DNA from: an uncultured bacterium
GTDB taxonomy: Bacteria > Patescibacteriota > Microgenomatia > UBA1400 > PJMF01
Direction of reading: 5' to 3'
Assembly: GCA_903842795.1 (NCBI GenBank)
Contig: CAIMNJ010000012.1
Location: 14,180 to 78,179 of the forward strand
DNA length: 64,000 nucleotides
The notes beneath the pieces are model-generated. The model was not told where the DNA came from. It saw only the letters and a list, made by a program, of their open reading frames with translations, and did no database searches. Each line of letters opens with the position of its first letter. Position 1 is the first letter of the stretch. Of the stretch, positions 20,351 through 27,665 are shown in pieces. A program made the position numbers and the translations under genes.

Positions 20351-20656
20351 TTAGTTGTCCTTGTTTTGTAAAACGTATGGCACCACAAAATAACCTTTGT
20401 AAGTCACTTTGGCATTGGCGAGAGCTTCTTTTTGGCTGAAGCTATTTTTTTCTTTAGCAATGTCTTCACGCAAAACATTTTTGAAACCAGTCACCTGGTG
20501 TGTAGTTTTAACTTGTGAAACATCGGCTTTTTTAAGATTATCAACCACTTCCAAAGTTTCACTAAAAGCTTTGGCTAAGGTTTGACTTTCCTCTTCACTA
20601 ATAGGAATATTGGCTAATTTGGCAATATGTTTGACTTGGGTGTTATTAACTGACAT
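20351..20656 (-). CDS. gatC: Glutamyl-tRNA(Gln) amidotransferase subunit C
   Basis: 101 aa, ...HIAKLANIPISEEESQ.... It is first in the gatC-gatA-gatB order, and the gatA start follows its stop by 2 nt. Confidence 0.85.
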   Translation of the reverse strand: MSVNNTQVKHIAKLANIPISEEESQTLAKAFSETLEVVDNLKKADVSQVKTTHQVTGFKNVLREDIAKEKNSFSQKEALANAKVTYKGYFVVPYVLQNKDN

Positions 20657-20696
20657 ATATCTTGATTCAGTTGCTTAGTTTAGCACAAATTTATTC

Positions 20697-21614
20697 TTAA
20701 TTTCGGCTCATTTCTCTTAGAACAGCTATTCTTTCTGCGACTGGTGGATGAGTGTTGAAAAGCTTTGCAAAAGCATGAATTGCTCCTTTGGTATTTTTGA
20801 GCGGATCACTGATGTATAGGTGCGCAGTAGCTTTATTTGCTGCTTCAAGTGGCTCAGTGTCGGCAGAAATTTTTTCTAAGGCTTTAGCCAATCCTTCTGG
20901 ATTTTTGGTCATTTCTACTCCACTGGCATCAGCGAAGAATTCTCGACGACGTGAGATAGCGAGTTGAATTAATTGAGCAATAATTGGGGAAAGAATAGCC
21001 AAAACAATGGCTAAAATAGCAATAATCGCTTCAATTTTATTGTCATCACTGTCTCCACTCCTTCTGCGGCGTCTACCCCAGAAAGAATTACGCAGCATCC
21101 AGTCTGCCAAAAGAGCGATTAGTCCCACTAGTACAGAAACAATTGACATAAGTAAGATGTCATAATTTTTAATATGACTCAATTCATGAGCAACAACAGC
21201 TTCGATTTCACTGCGATTGAGCCTAGTTAGTAGGCCAGTAGTGGCGCAGACGACGGCATGCTCCGGATCTCTTCCAGTGGCAAAAGCATTCATAGCAGTA
21301 TCTTCAATCACAAAGAGCTTAGGCATTGGCATTTTTTGACCAAGGCAGATGTTCTCAGTAACAGTGTAAAAATCAAAAAATTCTTGACGCTTTGCTTCTC
21401 TTGCTCCTGAAATAGTCAGAATGATTTTGTCACTGTAGTAATAGCTAAAAAATGATGTTCCACCAGAAAAAATCAGAGCCCAACCAACTAGGCTAAGTGG
21501 ATAATCAAAACCTCTAGCCATAATGTAGGTGGCGACAGTAATAAAAGCGATAAAAAAAGCCACAATCAAAAAAGAGCGTTGCTTATTTTTTGCGACCAAC
21601 TGGTAATGAGTCAT
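20697..21614 (-). CDS. htpX: Zinc metalloprotease HtpX (M48)
   Basis: 305 aa with HELSHIKNYD (HExxH), N-terminal TM helices and a basic RRRRR loop. Confidence 0.85.
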   Translation of the reverse strand: MTHYQLVAKNKQRSFLIVAFFIAFITVATYIMARGFDYPLSLVGWALIFSGGTSFFSYYYSDKIILTISGAREAKRQEFFDFYTVTENICLGQKMPMPKLFVIEDTAMNAFATGRDPEHAVVCATTGLLTRLNRSEIEAVVAHELSHIKNYDILLMSIVSVLVGLIALLADWMLRNSFWGRRRRRSGDSDDNKIEAIIAILAIVLAILSPIIAQLIQLAISRRREFFADASGVEMTKNPEGLAKALEKISADTEPLEAANKATAHLYISDPLKNTKGAIHAFAKLFNTHPPVAERIAVLREMSRN

Positions 21615-21626
21615 ATTTCTAATATC

Positions 21627-22208
21627 TTAGAGATTAACTTTTGGACTTTTGGTTTCTTCACTACTGACCTCCAAATGTGAACCCATATCTGGAGTGACTA
21701 AACCCTTTTCTTCTTTGAAACCAAACATATTGGCAATCAAATTAGATGGAAAAACGACTAGCTTTTCGTTGAAGTCTTGAGATAAATCAATAACACTACG
21801 GCGAGCGTAGCTTAATTTGTCTGCGGTATCAGTGAGTTCGTCCATAAATTTGGTAATAGTTTCATTGGCTTTGAGCTCAGGATTGCTTTCGACCACTACT
21901 TGAATTTGTGGTAACAAATTTTGAATCTTGGAGACAGCTTGATCGATGTCTTTGGCTGAGCCAGAACTATCTGCTTTGGCAACAGATTGACGAGCTTCGG
22001 TTAGCATCTTGTAGATACCCTCTTCATGTTTAAGCTGACCTTTGACGGCAACTTCCAGGTTTGGAATTAAACCAGCTTGGCGTTTGAGTTGATTGCCAAT
22101 TTCTTGAATACTGGCTTTGATTTGAGTCTTGAGGGTTTGTAGGGAGTTGTAAACGCCAACAGCGTAAAGAACGACAAGGGCCAAAATAATAAGTGGTAAA
22201 AACATCAT
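21627..22208 (-). CDS. lemA: LemA family protein
   Basis: 193 aa with an N-terminal TM helix then LemA-like LQTLKTQIKASIQEIGNQLKRQAGLIPNL. The lemA-htpX pairing is a common arrangement. Confidence 0.8.
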   Translation of the reverse strand: MMFLPLIILALVVLYAVGVYNSLQTLKTQIKASIQEIGNQLKRQAGLIPNLEVAVKGQLKHEEGIYKMLTEARQSVAKADSSGSAKDIDQAVSKIQNLLPQIQVVVESNPELKANETITKFMDELTDTADKLSYARRSVIDLSQDFNEKLVVFPSNLIANMFGFKEEKGLVTPDMGSHLEVSSEETKSPKVNL

Positions 22209-22268
22209 AAGATCCTTTTTTACTTATATTAGATTTTGATTATAGCACCTTGCTTTTGAAAGTAACTG

Positions 22269-22297
22269 CTGACAAAGTGTGTTTTTTTAGATATAAT
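22269..22297 (+). promoter_or_regulatory. Sigma-70-like promoter for tRNA-Asp
   Basis: CTGACA, a 17-bp spacer, then TATAAT, ending about 25 nt before the tRNA 5' end. Confidence 0.45.
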
Positions 22298-22321
22298 AAC
22301 TTCTCTTAACAAACAGAAAAT

Positions 22322-22397
22322 GGCCTCGTGGTGTAGTGGTTAACATGTCTCCCTGTCACGGAGAAGATCGTCGGTTCGATCCCGATCGAGGTCGCCA
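22322..22397 (+). tRNA. tRNA-Asp (anticodon GUC), CCA encoded
   Basis: GGCCTCG acceptor stem, D-arm GTGTAGTGGTTAACA, anticodon loop CTGTCAC, T-arm GTCGGTTCGATCCCGAT, and 3' CGAGGTC-G-CCA. The cloverleaf was folded manually. Confidence 0.9.
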
Positions 22398-22402
22398 TTA
22401 AA

Positions 22403-22428
22403 AGACGTCAGCAATGACGTCTTTTTTT
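22403..22428 (+). terminator. Rho-independent terminator after tRNA-Asp
   Basis: AGACGTCA-gcaa-TGACGTCT is an 8-bp perfect stem followed by TTTTTTT. Confidence 0.7.
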
Positions 22429-22441
22429 AGTCCTATAATAA

Positions 22442-22470
22442 TTGACTTTTTGCCATTTTTTTGCTATGAT
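22442..22470 (+). promoter_or_regulatory. Sigma-70-like promoter of the micropeptide transcription unit
   Basis: TTGACT, a 17-bp spacer, then TATGAT. The predicted TSS is near 22478, giving a ~100-nt leader with two GC-rich hairpins (CTGTC-ttcttc-GACAG at 22472-22487 and GGCTG...CAGCC at 22491-22509). Confidence 0.45.
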
Positions 22471-22576
22471 ACTGTCTTCTTCGACAGAGTGGCTGCGGGC
22501 TTTTCAGCCTGCAATTATTCCTAGAGGAAGCTCTTTCTACATGCTGGATCTTTGTAAAAAACTGCGAGGTGAAACT

Positions 22577-22741
22577 ATGCAAAATACAGATCCAAAAGAT
22601 CATTTCTGCCAGGAAGATGGTAATACTGGTCGCTGCATTGTATGCGGCGATAAAATGCCAACCCAACCAAAAGATCATTTCTGCCAGGAAGATGGTAATA
22701 CTGGTCGCTGCATTGTATGTGGCGATCCGATGCCCTCTTAA
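22577..22741 (+). CDS. 54-aa His/Cys-rich micropeptide made of two tandem 25-aa repeats (PKDHFCQEDGNTGRCIVCGD[K/P]MP..). It is a putative metal-binding (zinc-knuckle or rubredoxin-like) peptide
   Basis: The ATG at 22577 is preceded by GAGGTG with a 5-nt spacing. Its own promoter and terminator flank it. The peptide is MQNTDPKDHFCQEDGNTGRCIVCGDKMPTQPKDHFCQEDGNTGRCIVCGDPMPS, and each repeat has H-x-C-x8-C-x2-C-G. The track ORF at 22442 (TTG start) would add a non-repeat N-terminus, which is less likely given the promoter position. Confidence 0.55.
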   Translation: MQNTDPKDHFCQEDGNTGRCIVCGDKMPTQPKDHFCQEDGNTGRCIVCGDPMPS

Positions 22742-22760
22742 TCAACCCAACCAACATGTA
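22592..22760. repeat. 75-bp tandem repeat: two near-identical 60-bp cores plus a degenerate third start
   Basis: The cores at 22592-22651 and 22667-22726 differ at one base (tgc/tgt). The linker CAACCCAACCAA recurs at 22659-22670 and 22744-22755, followed by a degenerate ...agatgg, indicating a partial third unit beyond the stop. Confidence 0.8.
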
Positions 22761-22772
22761 GATGGAAAAGAA

Positions 22773-22797
22773 AGCTCAGGCTAGTCCTGGGCTTTTT
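22773..22797 (+). terminator. Rho-independent terminator after the micropeptide gene
   Basis: AGCTCAGG-ctagt-CCTGGGCT (8 bp including one G-U) followed by TTTTT. Confidence 0.55.
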
Positions 22798-22865
22798 CCT
22801 TTTATTAAGGTTTTTTCTTTCTTTTTTGATATATAATTTCCCTTAAAATACATTAAAAATATAAC

Positions 22866-22936
22866 GCGACCGTAGTTCAGCGGTAGAATGCCAGCTTCCC
22901 AAGCTTGAGGTGAGGGTTCGACTCCCTTCGGTCGCT
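22866..22936 (+). tRNA. tRNA-Gly (anticodon CCC), no encoded CCA
   Basis: The cloverleaf was folded by hand. It has GCGACCG acceptor, a GTTC/GAAT D-stem, anticodon loop TTCCCAA, T-arm GAGGG-TTCGACT-CCCTT, and 3' CGGTCGC-T. There is one C-U mismatch in the anticodon stem. Confidence 0.75.
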
Positions 22937-23072
22937 CAGAAAATATTTCAGCAAAGCTGAATATTTTTTGAGAGAGCGAGTGAAAGAAGACACAAGCAGA
23001 GGGTTCTGCCGCAAAGCGAAGCGTGGCTAATACCCGCAGGGTGGACTCCCTTCGGTCGCTCAGAAAATATTT
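22920..23072. repeat. 29-bp direct repeat that duplicates the tRNA-Gly 3' end plus 12 nt downstream
   Basis: GACTCCCTTCGGTCGCTCAGAAAATATTT occurs at 22920-22948 (tRNA-Gly T-arm/acceptor 3' half plus trailer) and again exactly at 23044-23072, immediately 5' of tRNA-Thr. The repeats flank a 95-bp, comparatively GC-rich spacer. Confidence 0.8.
22939..22969 (+). terminator. AU-rich hairpin plus T-run terminator after tRNA-Gly
   Basis: GAAAATATTTCAGC-aaa-GCTGAATATTTTTT, about a 12-bp stem with a 1-nt bulge, running into a T-tract. Confidence 0.45.
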
Positions 23073-23074
23073 AT

Positions 23075-23147
23075 GCCAAAGTAGCTCAGTTGGTAGAGCA
23101 ACGGTATCGTAAACCGTCGGTCGTGGGTTCGACTCCCACCTTTGGCT
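23075..23147 (+). tRNA. tRNA-Thr (anticodon CGU), no encoded CCA
   Basis: GCCAAAG acceptor, D-arm GCTCAGTTGGTAGAGC, anticodon stem ACGGT/ACCGT with loop ATCGTAA, T-arm GTGGG-TTCGACT-CCCAC, and 3' CTTTGGC-T. Confidence 0.9.
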
Positions 23148-23185
23148 CAAGTTAAGTAATAAGCAAATTGTGCTAATATAAAGTT

Positions 23186-23938
23186 ATGTTCAATTCTCGT
23201 CGCTATTCCTCTATTTATGATAAAAAAACATTAGCTACTTCTCGTTTAGCCAAAAGAGAAAAAAGCCAAATAGAAAAACAAACTTTTTCTTACATTTTTT
23301 TTGGTATTGTGATTCTCTTGTTTTTTATCTTTTTCTTAGTGCCAAACCTAATCAAGTTGTTTTTTGCAGTGATTGATAAAGAATCTCCTTTTGTGGAAAA
23401 GGACACCGTTCCTCCCCAAGTACCAATTTTGTCTGCCAATCCTGTTGAAGCCACTTATTCTGCCACCTTAAACCTGAAGGGTTTTGCTGAACCAAAAAGC
23501 AAGATAGTGTTTTTGCTTAATGCAGCTAAAAGTGCGGAGGTTCAGGCTGGCGAAGATGGGCAATTTGAATATGAGTTGTCTTTGGCAGATGGAGCCAATG
23601 AGCTTTCTCTTTTTGGCGTAGATGAGGCAGGTAACGAGTCTTTGAAAACCAAAACTTATTTGATTGCTAAAGATTCAGAAGCACCTTCTCTAGAAGTCGA
23701 AGAACCAAAAGATGGCAGTGTAATTGAGCTCAAGAAAAATCGCACCACTTTGATTAAGGGTAAGACGGAACCGTTTGCCAAAATTATGATGAATGATCGT
23801 TTGCTTCTTGCTGACAAAGACGGCAATTTTTCCACCAATTATTATTTAGCTGAGGGTAAAAACGAGCTTAAATTTATTGTCACAGATAAAGCAACAAATA
23901 AAACAGAGCGCACGATTGAAGTTGAATTTAGACTCTAA
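23186..23938 (+). CDS. Membrane-anchored extracytoplasmic protein (beta-rich, Ig-like?), hypothetical
   Basis: 250 aa with an N-terminal TM helix, FSYIFFGIVILLFFIFFLV, then a hydrophilic beta-rich domain (…TLNLKGFAEPKSKIVFLLN…ELKFIVTDKATNKTERTIEVEF). Confidence 0.45.
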   Translation: MFNSRRYSSIYDKKTLATSRLAKREKSQIEKQTFSYIFFGIVILLFFIFFLVPNLIKLFFAVIDKESPFVEKDTVPPQVPILSANPVEATYSATLNLKGFAEPKSKIVFLLNAAKSAEVQAGEDGQFEYELSLADGANELSLFGVDEAGNESLKTKTYLIAKDSEAPSLEVEEPKDGSVIELKKNRTTLIKGKTEPFAKIMMNDRLLLADKDGNFSTNYYLAEGKNELKFIVTDKATNKTERTIEVEFRL

Positions 23939-25053
23939 TCTTTTTCTATTGTTAGACAGAAACCAAAGAAAATCAAAACGACAAAGCTTTGAGTAAGGTT
24001 GTTATTAAACATTGCATTGGTGAGTAGACTTGTAAGTAAAATCCAATTTTCTTTTTTGCCAGCGCGCATAATTTGCCAAATAAAAATAGCAAATATAAAT
24101 GAACCAATAATTCCCAAATTGCTTAGTAAGAACACTAGTAAATTATCGGCAAAATGGGAATGACTTGGAATATTGTCGACAGTTTGTCTATTTTGGTTTG
24201 GTACAAATAAGCCCTGACCAACTAACCACTGTGCTCCTTTTATGTTTTTCAGAATTTCCTGATCATTGCTAACGCGAGCCACAGCAGAAGTAGTGCGTAG
24301 TAAATTGACTCCATCTCCACCGCTATTCTTTGGTAAAAGTGGCAAACTGCATAGGAAAACAATAGTAATTGTTGCAAGTATTTTTTTAGTATTTTTATTG
24401 GCGATTAGAAATGCTACTAAATTACTAAGCAGAAAAGCTAAATACGATGATCGTGAATAAGTTAGTAACAATCCAAGAGCAAAAAAGAAAATTAGTAACC
24501 AGTTTTTTTTCTTTTGCCACAAATAATAGTTAAGGTTAAAAACAAAAATTAAACCAGTAAAAGCTGGATCTAAGATGGTGCTAGTCAATCTATAAAAATG
24601 ATCATCGTAACCAGAATAAATTAAAAATCTTAAATCAGGTAAAAATAAATACTGTACAAAACCAAGAATAAGAATGTCTAAAGAAATCACTTTCCATAGC
24701 CAATTTTGTTTTGGAAGTTTTTTGTTGAGCAAGTAAACAAAAAAAACATAACTAATGAAACGAGTCAAATATAGAATTGCTTTAAAATCAAAGCGATTTT
24801 GCAATAAAGCCAATATCCAAGAGATAATTATTGAGCCAGTAAACAAAAAAAAGATTTTTTTATGATTTTCTTCTATTTTTTTTGCTTTTTTTTGAATTTT
24901 TTTTCTTTGCATAATTGCAGAAAAAAGTTCTTTGAGCAAAAATCCTACAATTAATAAATCATGCAAATAAAAAGCGATACTATTGGTAACTTGAATACGC
25001 TGCAATTGTCCTAATGAAATCAGGAAGATGAAAGCGATTAAAAAAAATTGCAT
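23935..25053 (-). CDS. O-antigen ligase/polymerase-like (Wzy_C) polytopic membrane protein
   Basis: 372 aa, about 10 TM helices, with a ...LLLTYSRSSYLAFLL... motif typical of the Wzy_C/O-antigen ligase family. Confidence 0.5.
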   Translation of the reverse strand: MQFFLIAFIFLISLGQLQRIQVTNSIAFYLHDLLIVGFLLKELFSAIMQRKKIQKKAKKIEENHKKIFFLFTGSIIISWILALLQNRFDFKAILYLTRFISYVFFVYLLNKKLPKQNWLWKVISLDILILGFVQYLFLPDLRFLIYSGYDDHFYRLTSTILDPAFTGLIFVFNLNYYLWQKKKNWLLIFFFALGLLLTYSRSSYLAFLLSNLVAFLIANKNTKKILATITIVFLCSLPLLPKNSGGDGVNLLRTTSAVARVSNDQEILKNIKGAQWLVGQGLFVPNQNRQTVDNIPSHSHFADNLLVFLLSNLGIIGSFIFAIFIWQIMRAGKKENWILLTSLLTNAMFNNNLTQSFVVLIFFGFCLTIEKD

Positions 25054-25054
25054 A

Positions 25055-26278
25055 TTATTCTAAACTCTTTTTTGCTCCAAATAGAGCAATTGGCAAAGCA
25101 ATAATTCTGGCTAGCAAAATACCTGTAACAGCTCCGATCAAACCATGACCCTTTCCAAGAAAAATAATTCCCGCAATCATTAAAGACAGGGAAACAGTCA
25201 TGTGTAAATTAAGATAAAGATACTTTTTTTTGGCAATAATTAAAGAGTAAGTCATGTTGGCAATAGTGTGAATCAAGCCTGCAAAAGTGAGGATGCGTAA
25301 AATTTCAATTGCATCTAACCATTTTTCTCCAAGCAAGAATTTGATTAATAATTCTGGGAAAAAAAGTAAAGGTATGGAAACGATAGAGGTAATTAGCAGA
25401 GTTGAAATCATTGATTTATAGAAAGCACGACGCAAGCGACCCTTTTCATGCTCTTCTGTCATCTTGGTAAAGATAGGGATAACACCATGATAGGCAGATT
25501 TGGAAAGTTCGTAGTTAGCTTTATGACTGAGAGCATAGGCATTGTGGTATATGCCCAATTTGTAAGTGCCAACAATTTTGCCAAGTAAGAAATCATCAAC
25601 ATTGTCATTGAGATAATTAAGAATGCTACTCAAACTTAACCAACGAGCGTTTTTGAAAATTATTTCTCCACGACTTTTAATGTAATGGAAACTTGGCTTT
25701 TCTCTAAGCATTAAGAAGGAAAGCAGCACTTCAAAAAGTGCACCAATGATTACTCCCAAGCAAAGTGCCCAGACAGAATGAGTCAAGAATGCTAAAGCAA
25801 TTTGTGCCAAAGTTTCTATAAATAAACGTGCAGCACCGTAAAAACTATCTCTTTGAAATTGAAAATTTTTTTGCCAACTAACAATGGCAGGATTGATAAA
25901 ACCTTTAATTATTGGTACCAAGGCAACAATGCTAATCATTGGAAAAAGACTTGGCTCGTTGTAGTAATTACTCATAAAGTAACCAAGACCAATCATCAAA
26001 GAACCGATCACAAAACCTCTAATAATGGCAATCACAAAAGCAGTGTCCAAAAAATATCTGATTGGTTGTTTGGATTGCAACATGGTGATGTTTACACCAG
26101 TTTGAGTAATGCTCTCTGTGGTACCAAGAGCAATCATAATTAGGGAGAATAAACCAAATTGTTCTGGACTAAGTAGTCTCGCTAAGATAAAAATTTTAAG
26201 AAAACTTAAACCAGTGGTAAAAACCTTTTCCAAAGTTTGCCAACTGAAACCAGCGATAGCATGTTTTTGATAACTCAC
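25055..26278 (-). CDS. Oligosaccharide/polysaccharide flippase (Wzx/MOP superfamily)
   Basis: 407 aa, about 12 TM helices, with an N-terminus …FGLFSLIMIALGTTESITQTGVNITMLQ… typical of the polysacc_synt family. Confidence 0.65.
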   Translation of the reverse strand: MSYQKHAIAGFSWQTLEKVFTTGLSFLKIFILARLLSPEQFGLFSLIMIALGTTESITQTGVNITMLQSKQPIRYFLDTAFVIAIIRGFVIGSLMIGLGYFMSNYYNEPSLFPMISIVALVPIIKGFINPAIVSWQKNFQFQRDSFYGAARLFIETLAQIALAFLTHSVWALCLGVIIGALFEVLLSFLMLREKPSFHYIKSRGEIIFKNARWLSLSSILNYLNDNVDDFLLGKIVGTYKLGIYHNAYALSHKANYELSKSAYHGVIPIFTKMTEEHEKGRLRRAFYKSMISTLLITSIVSIPLLFFPELLIKFLLGEKWLDAIEILRILTFAGLIHTIANMTYSLIIAKKKYLYLNLHMTVSLSLMIAGIIFLGKGHGLIGAVTGILLARIIALPIALFGAKKSLE

Positions 26279-26349
26279 AAACCCTATTCTAGATGAGGAC
26301 TGCTAGTGCTTGCAAGCCACCTTATAAAAGTAGTAATATTCCTCTATCT

Positions 26350-26937
26350 ATGAGCAGTTCTTTTGAAAAAATTGGTGCCACTTTTTTAGATCTAATTGAA
26401 ACAATGGCAATTTCTTTTTCTATTTTTTTAGTGGTTTATTTGTTTTTTTTACAACCACATCAGGTCAACGGTCAATCAATGGTGCCAAATTTTCAGAGTG
26501 GCGAGCATGTTTTGACTGATAAAGTAACTTTCAAGATGCGTAACCCACAAAGAGGTGAAGTGGTAGTTTTTCATGCCCCTCCAGAAGCTCATTGTCCAGA
26601 AGGCACAGGATGTGACTTTATCAAAAGAGTTTTAGGAGTTCCCGGTGATACAGTTGGAGTCAAAGACAATGCTATTTGGGTTAATGGTAATAAATTGCCA
26701 GAACCATATATTCCTGAGGATTATGTGATTTTGCCAGGAAATGCTACCAAAGGCAAAGATGTTTATTTAGGCCCAAATGAGTATTTTGTTTCTGGTGACA
26801 ACAGGCCATACTCTAGTGATTCCAGAGCTTGGGGTGCAATTACCAAAGATATGATTGTTGGTCGCGTTTTTTTCCGCTATTGGCCAGTAACTGCAATTAG
26901 TCCAATCGGTAAAGCTAGTTATCCCAGTCCATTTTAA
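26350..26937 (+). CDS. lepB: Signal peptidase I
   Basis: GQSMVPNF (catalytic Ser box) and GDNRPYSSDSRAWG (box E). The track start at 26293 adds 19 aa. The MSSSFEK start at 26350 is preferred, since it leaves an N-terminal TM helix followed by the Ser box. Confidence 0.85.
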   Translation: MSSSFEKIGATFLDLIETMAISFSIFLVVYLFFLQPHQVNGQSMVPNFQSGEHVLTDKVTFKMRNPQRGEVVVFHAPPEAHCPEGTGCDFIKRVLGVPGDTVGVKDNAIWVNGNKLPEPYIPEDYVILPGNATKGKDVYLGPNEYFVSGDNRPYSSDSRAWGAITKDMIVGRVFFRYWPVTAISPIGKASYPSPF

Positions 26938-27634
26938 ATAATTCTCTTTCCAGTTTGATGGCTTTTTTCACGTTGAATTTATCTATTTTGGTGCGGCGCA
27001 ATCCAATAACTGTGGCGCCGCAGCCTAAATCTATGCCTAGATCATGAACCAAAGAACGAATATAGGTGCCGCTTGAACAAGATACATTGAGTTGGCAAGT
27101 TATTTGTTCTTTTTTCACGTCTTTTTTGAAATTTTTAAGAGTAATTTTTTTGATTTTAATTTGGTGAGTTGGCAAATCAACAATTTGTCCTTTTTTGGCT
27201 TTTTGATAAAGTTTTTGTCCATTTATTTTGATGGCTGAAAAAATAGGGACAACTTGATCAATTTGACCTTTGAATTTTTTGATGCTTTTTTGTAAGTCTT
27301 TTTTACTCAATTCTTCGTATTCTGTCCACTTTTTTTGTTGAAGGATTTTGCCAGCCACATCATAAGAGTCAGTTTCTGTTCCAAACAAAACTTCAACTTG
27401 ATAATCCTTATCTTTTTTTAAATAAGTTGCTTGATTTCTAGTGAATTCTCTACCAACTAAAATTATTAATAAACCTGAAGCTATTGGATCAAGTGTGCCG
27501 CAATGCCCTACTTTTTTGATACCACTTTTTCTGCGGAAATAACTGACCACATCATGGCTACTTGGACCGCTGGGTTTATCTACCAAATAAAGACCTGGTC
27601 TAACGTTTGGTTTTATGTCTGGCACGTTTAGCAT
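26915..27634 (-). CDS. truB: tRNA pseudouridine(55) synthase TruB
   Basis: …GLYLVDKPSGPSSHDVVSYFRRKSGIKKVGHCGTLDPIASGLLIILVG… contains the catalytic Asp in GTLDP. A start at 27634 (MLNVPD) or at 27667 is possible. Confidence 0.85.
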   Translation of the reverse strand: MLNVPDIKPNVRPGLYLVDKPSGPSSHDVVSYFRRKSGIKKVGHCGTLDPIASGLLIILVGREFTRNQATYLKKDKDYQVEVLFGTETDSYDVAGKILQQKKWTEYEELSKKDLQKSIKKFKGQIDQVVPIFSAIKINGQKLYQKAKKGQIVDLPTHQIKIKKITLKNFKKDVKKEQITCQLNVSCSSGTYIRSLVHDLGIDLGCGATVIGLRRTKIDKFNVKKAIKLERELFKMDWDN

Positions 27635-27665
27635 TATAACCCTTCGTGATAGAATTAATTTGATC

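Noticed and set aside
22433-22784. Three alternative-frame ORFs (22433-22678 minus, 22569-22784 plus, 22575-22757 minus) over the micropeptide repeat
   Set aside because: They exist only because the 75-bp repeat keeps several frames open. The frame with the GAGGTG Shine-Dalgarno, promoter and terminator is the coherent one.
22980-23072. Second tRNA-Gly or tRNA pseudogene ending at 23066
   Set aside because: The 3' half is present, but no upstream segment can pair with CGGTCGC to form an acceptor stem. It is a fragment, not a tRNA.
22776-23150. 124-aa minus-strand ORF in the track
   Set aside because: It lies entirely over tRNA-Gly, the duplicated tRNA 3' fragment and tRNA-Thr, on the opposite strand. 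The open frame is an artefact.
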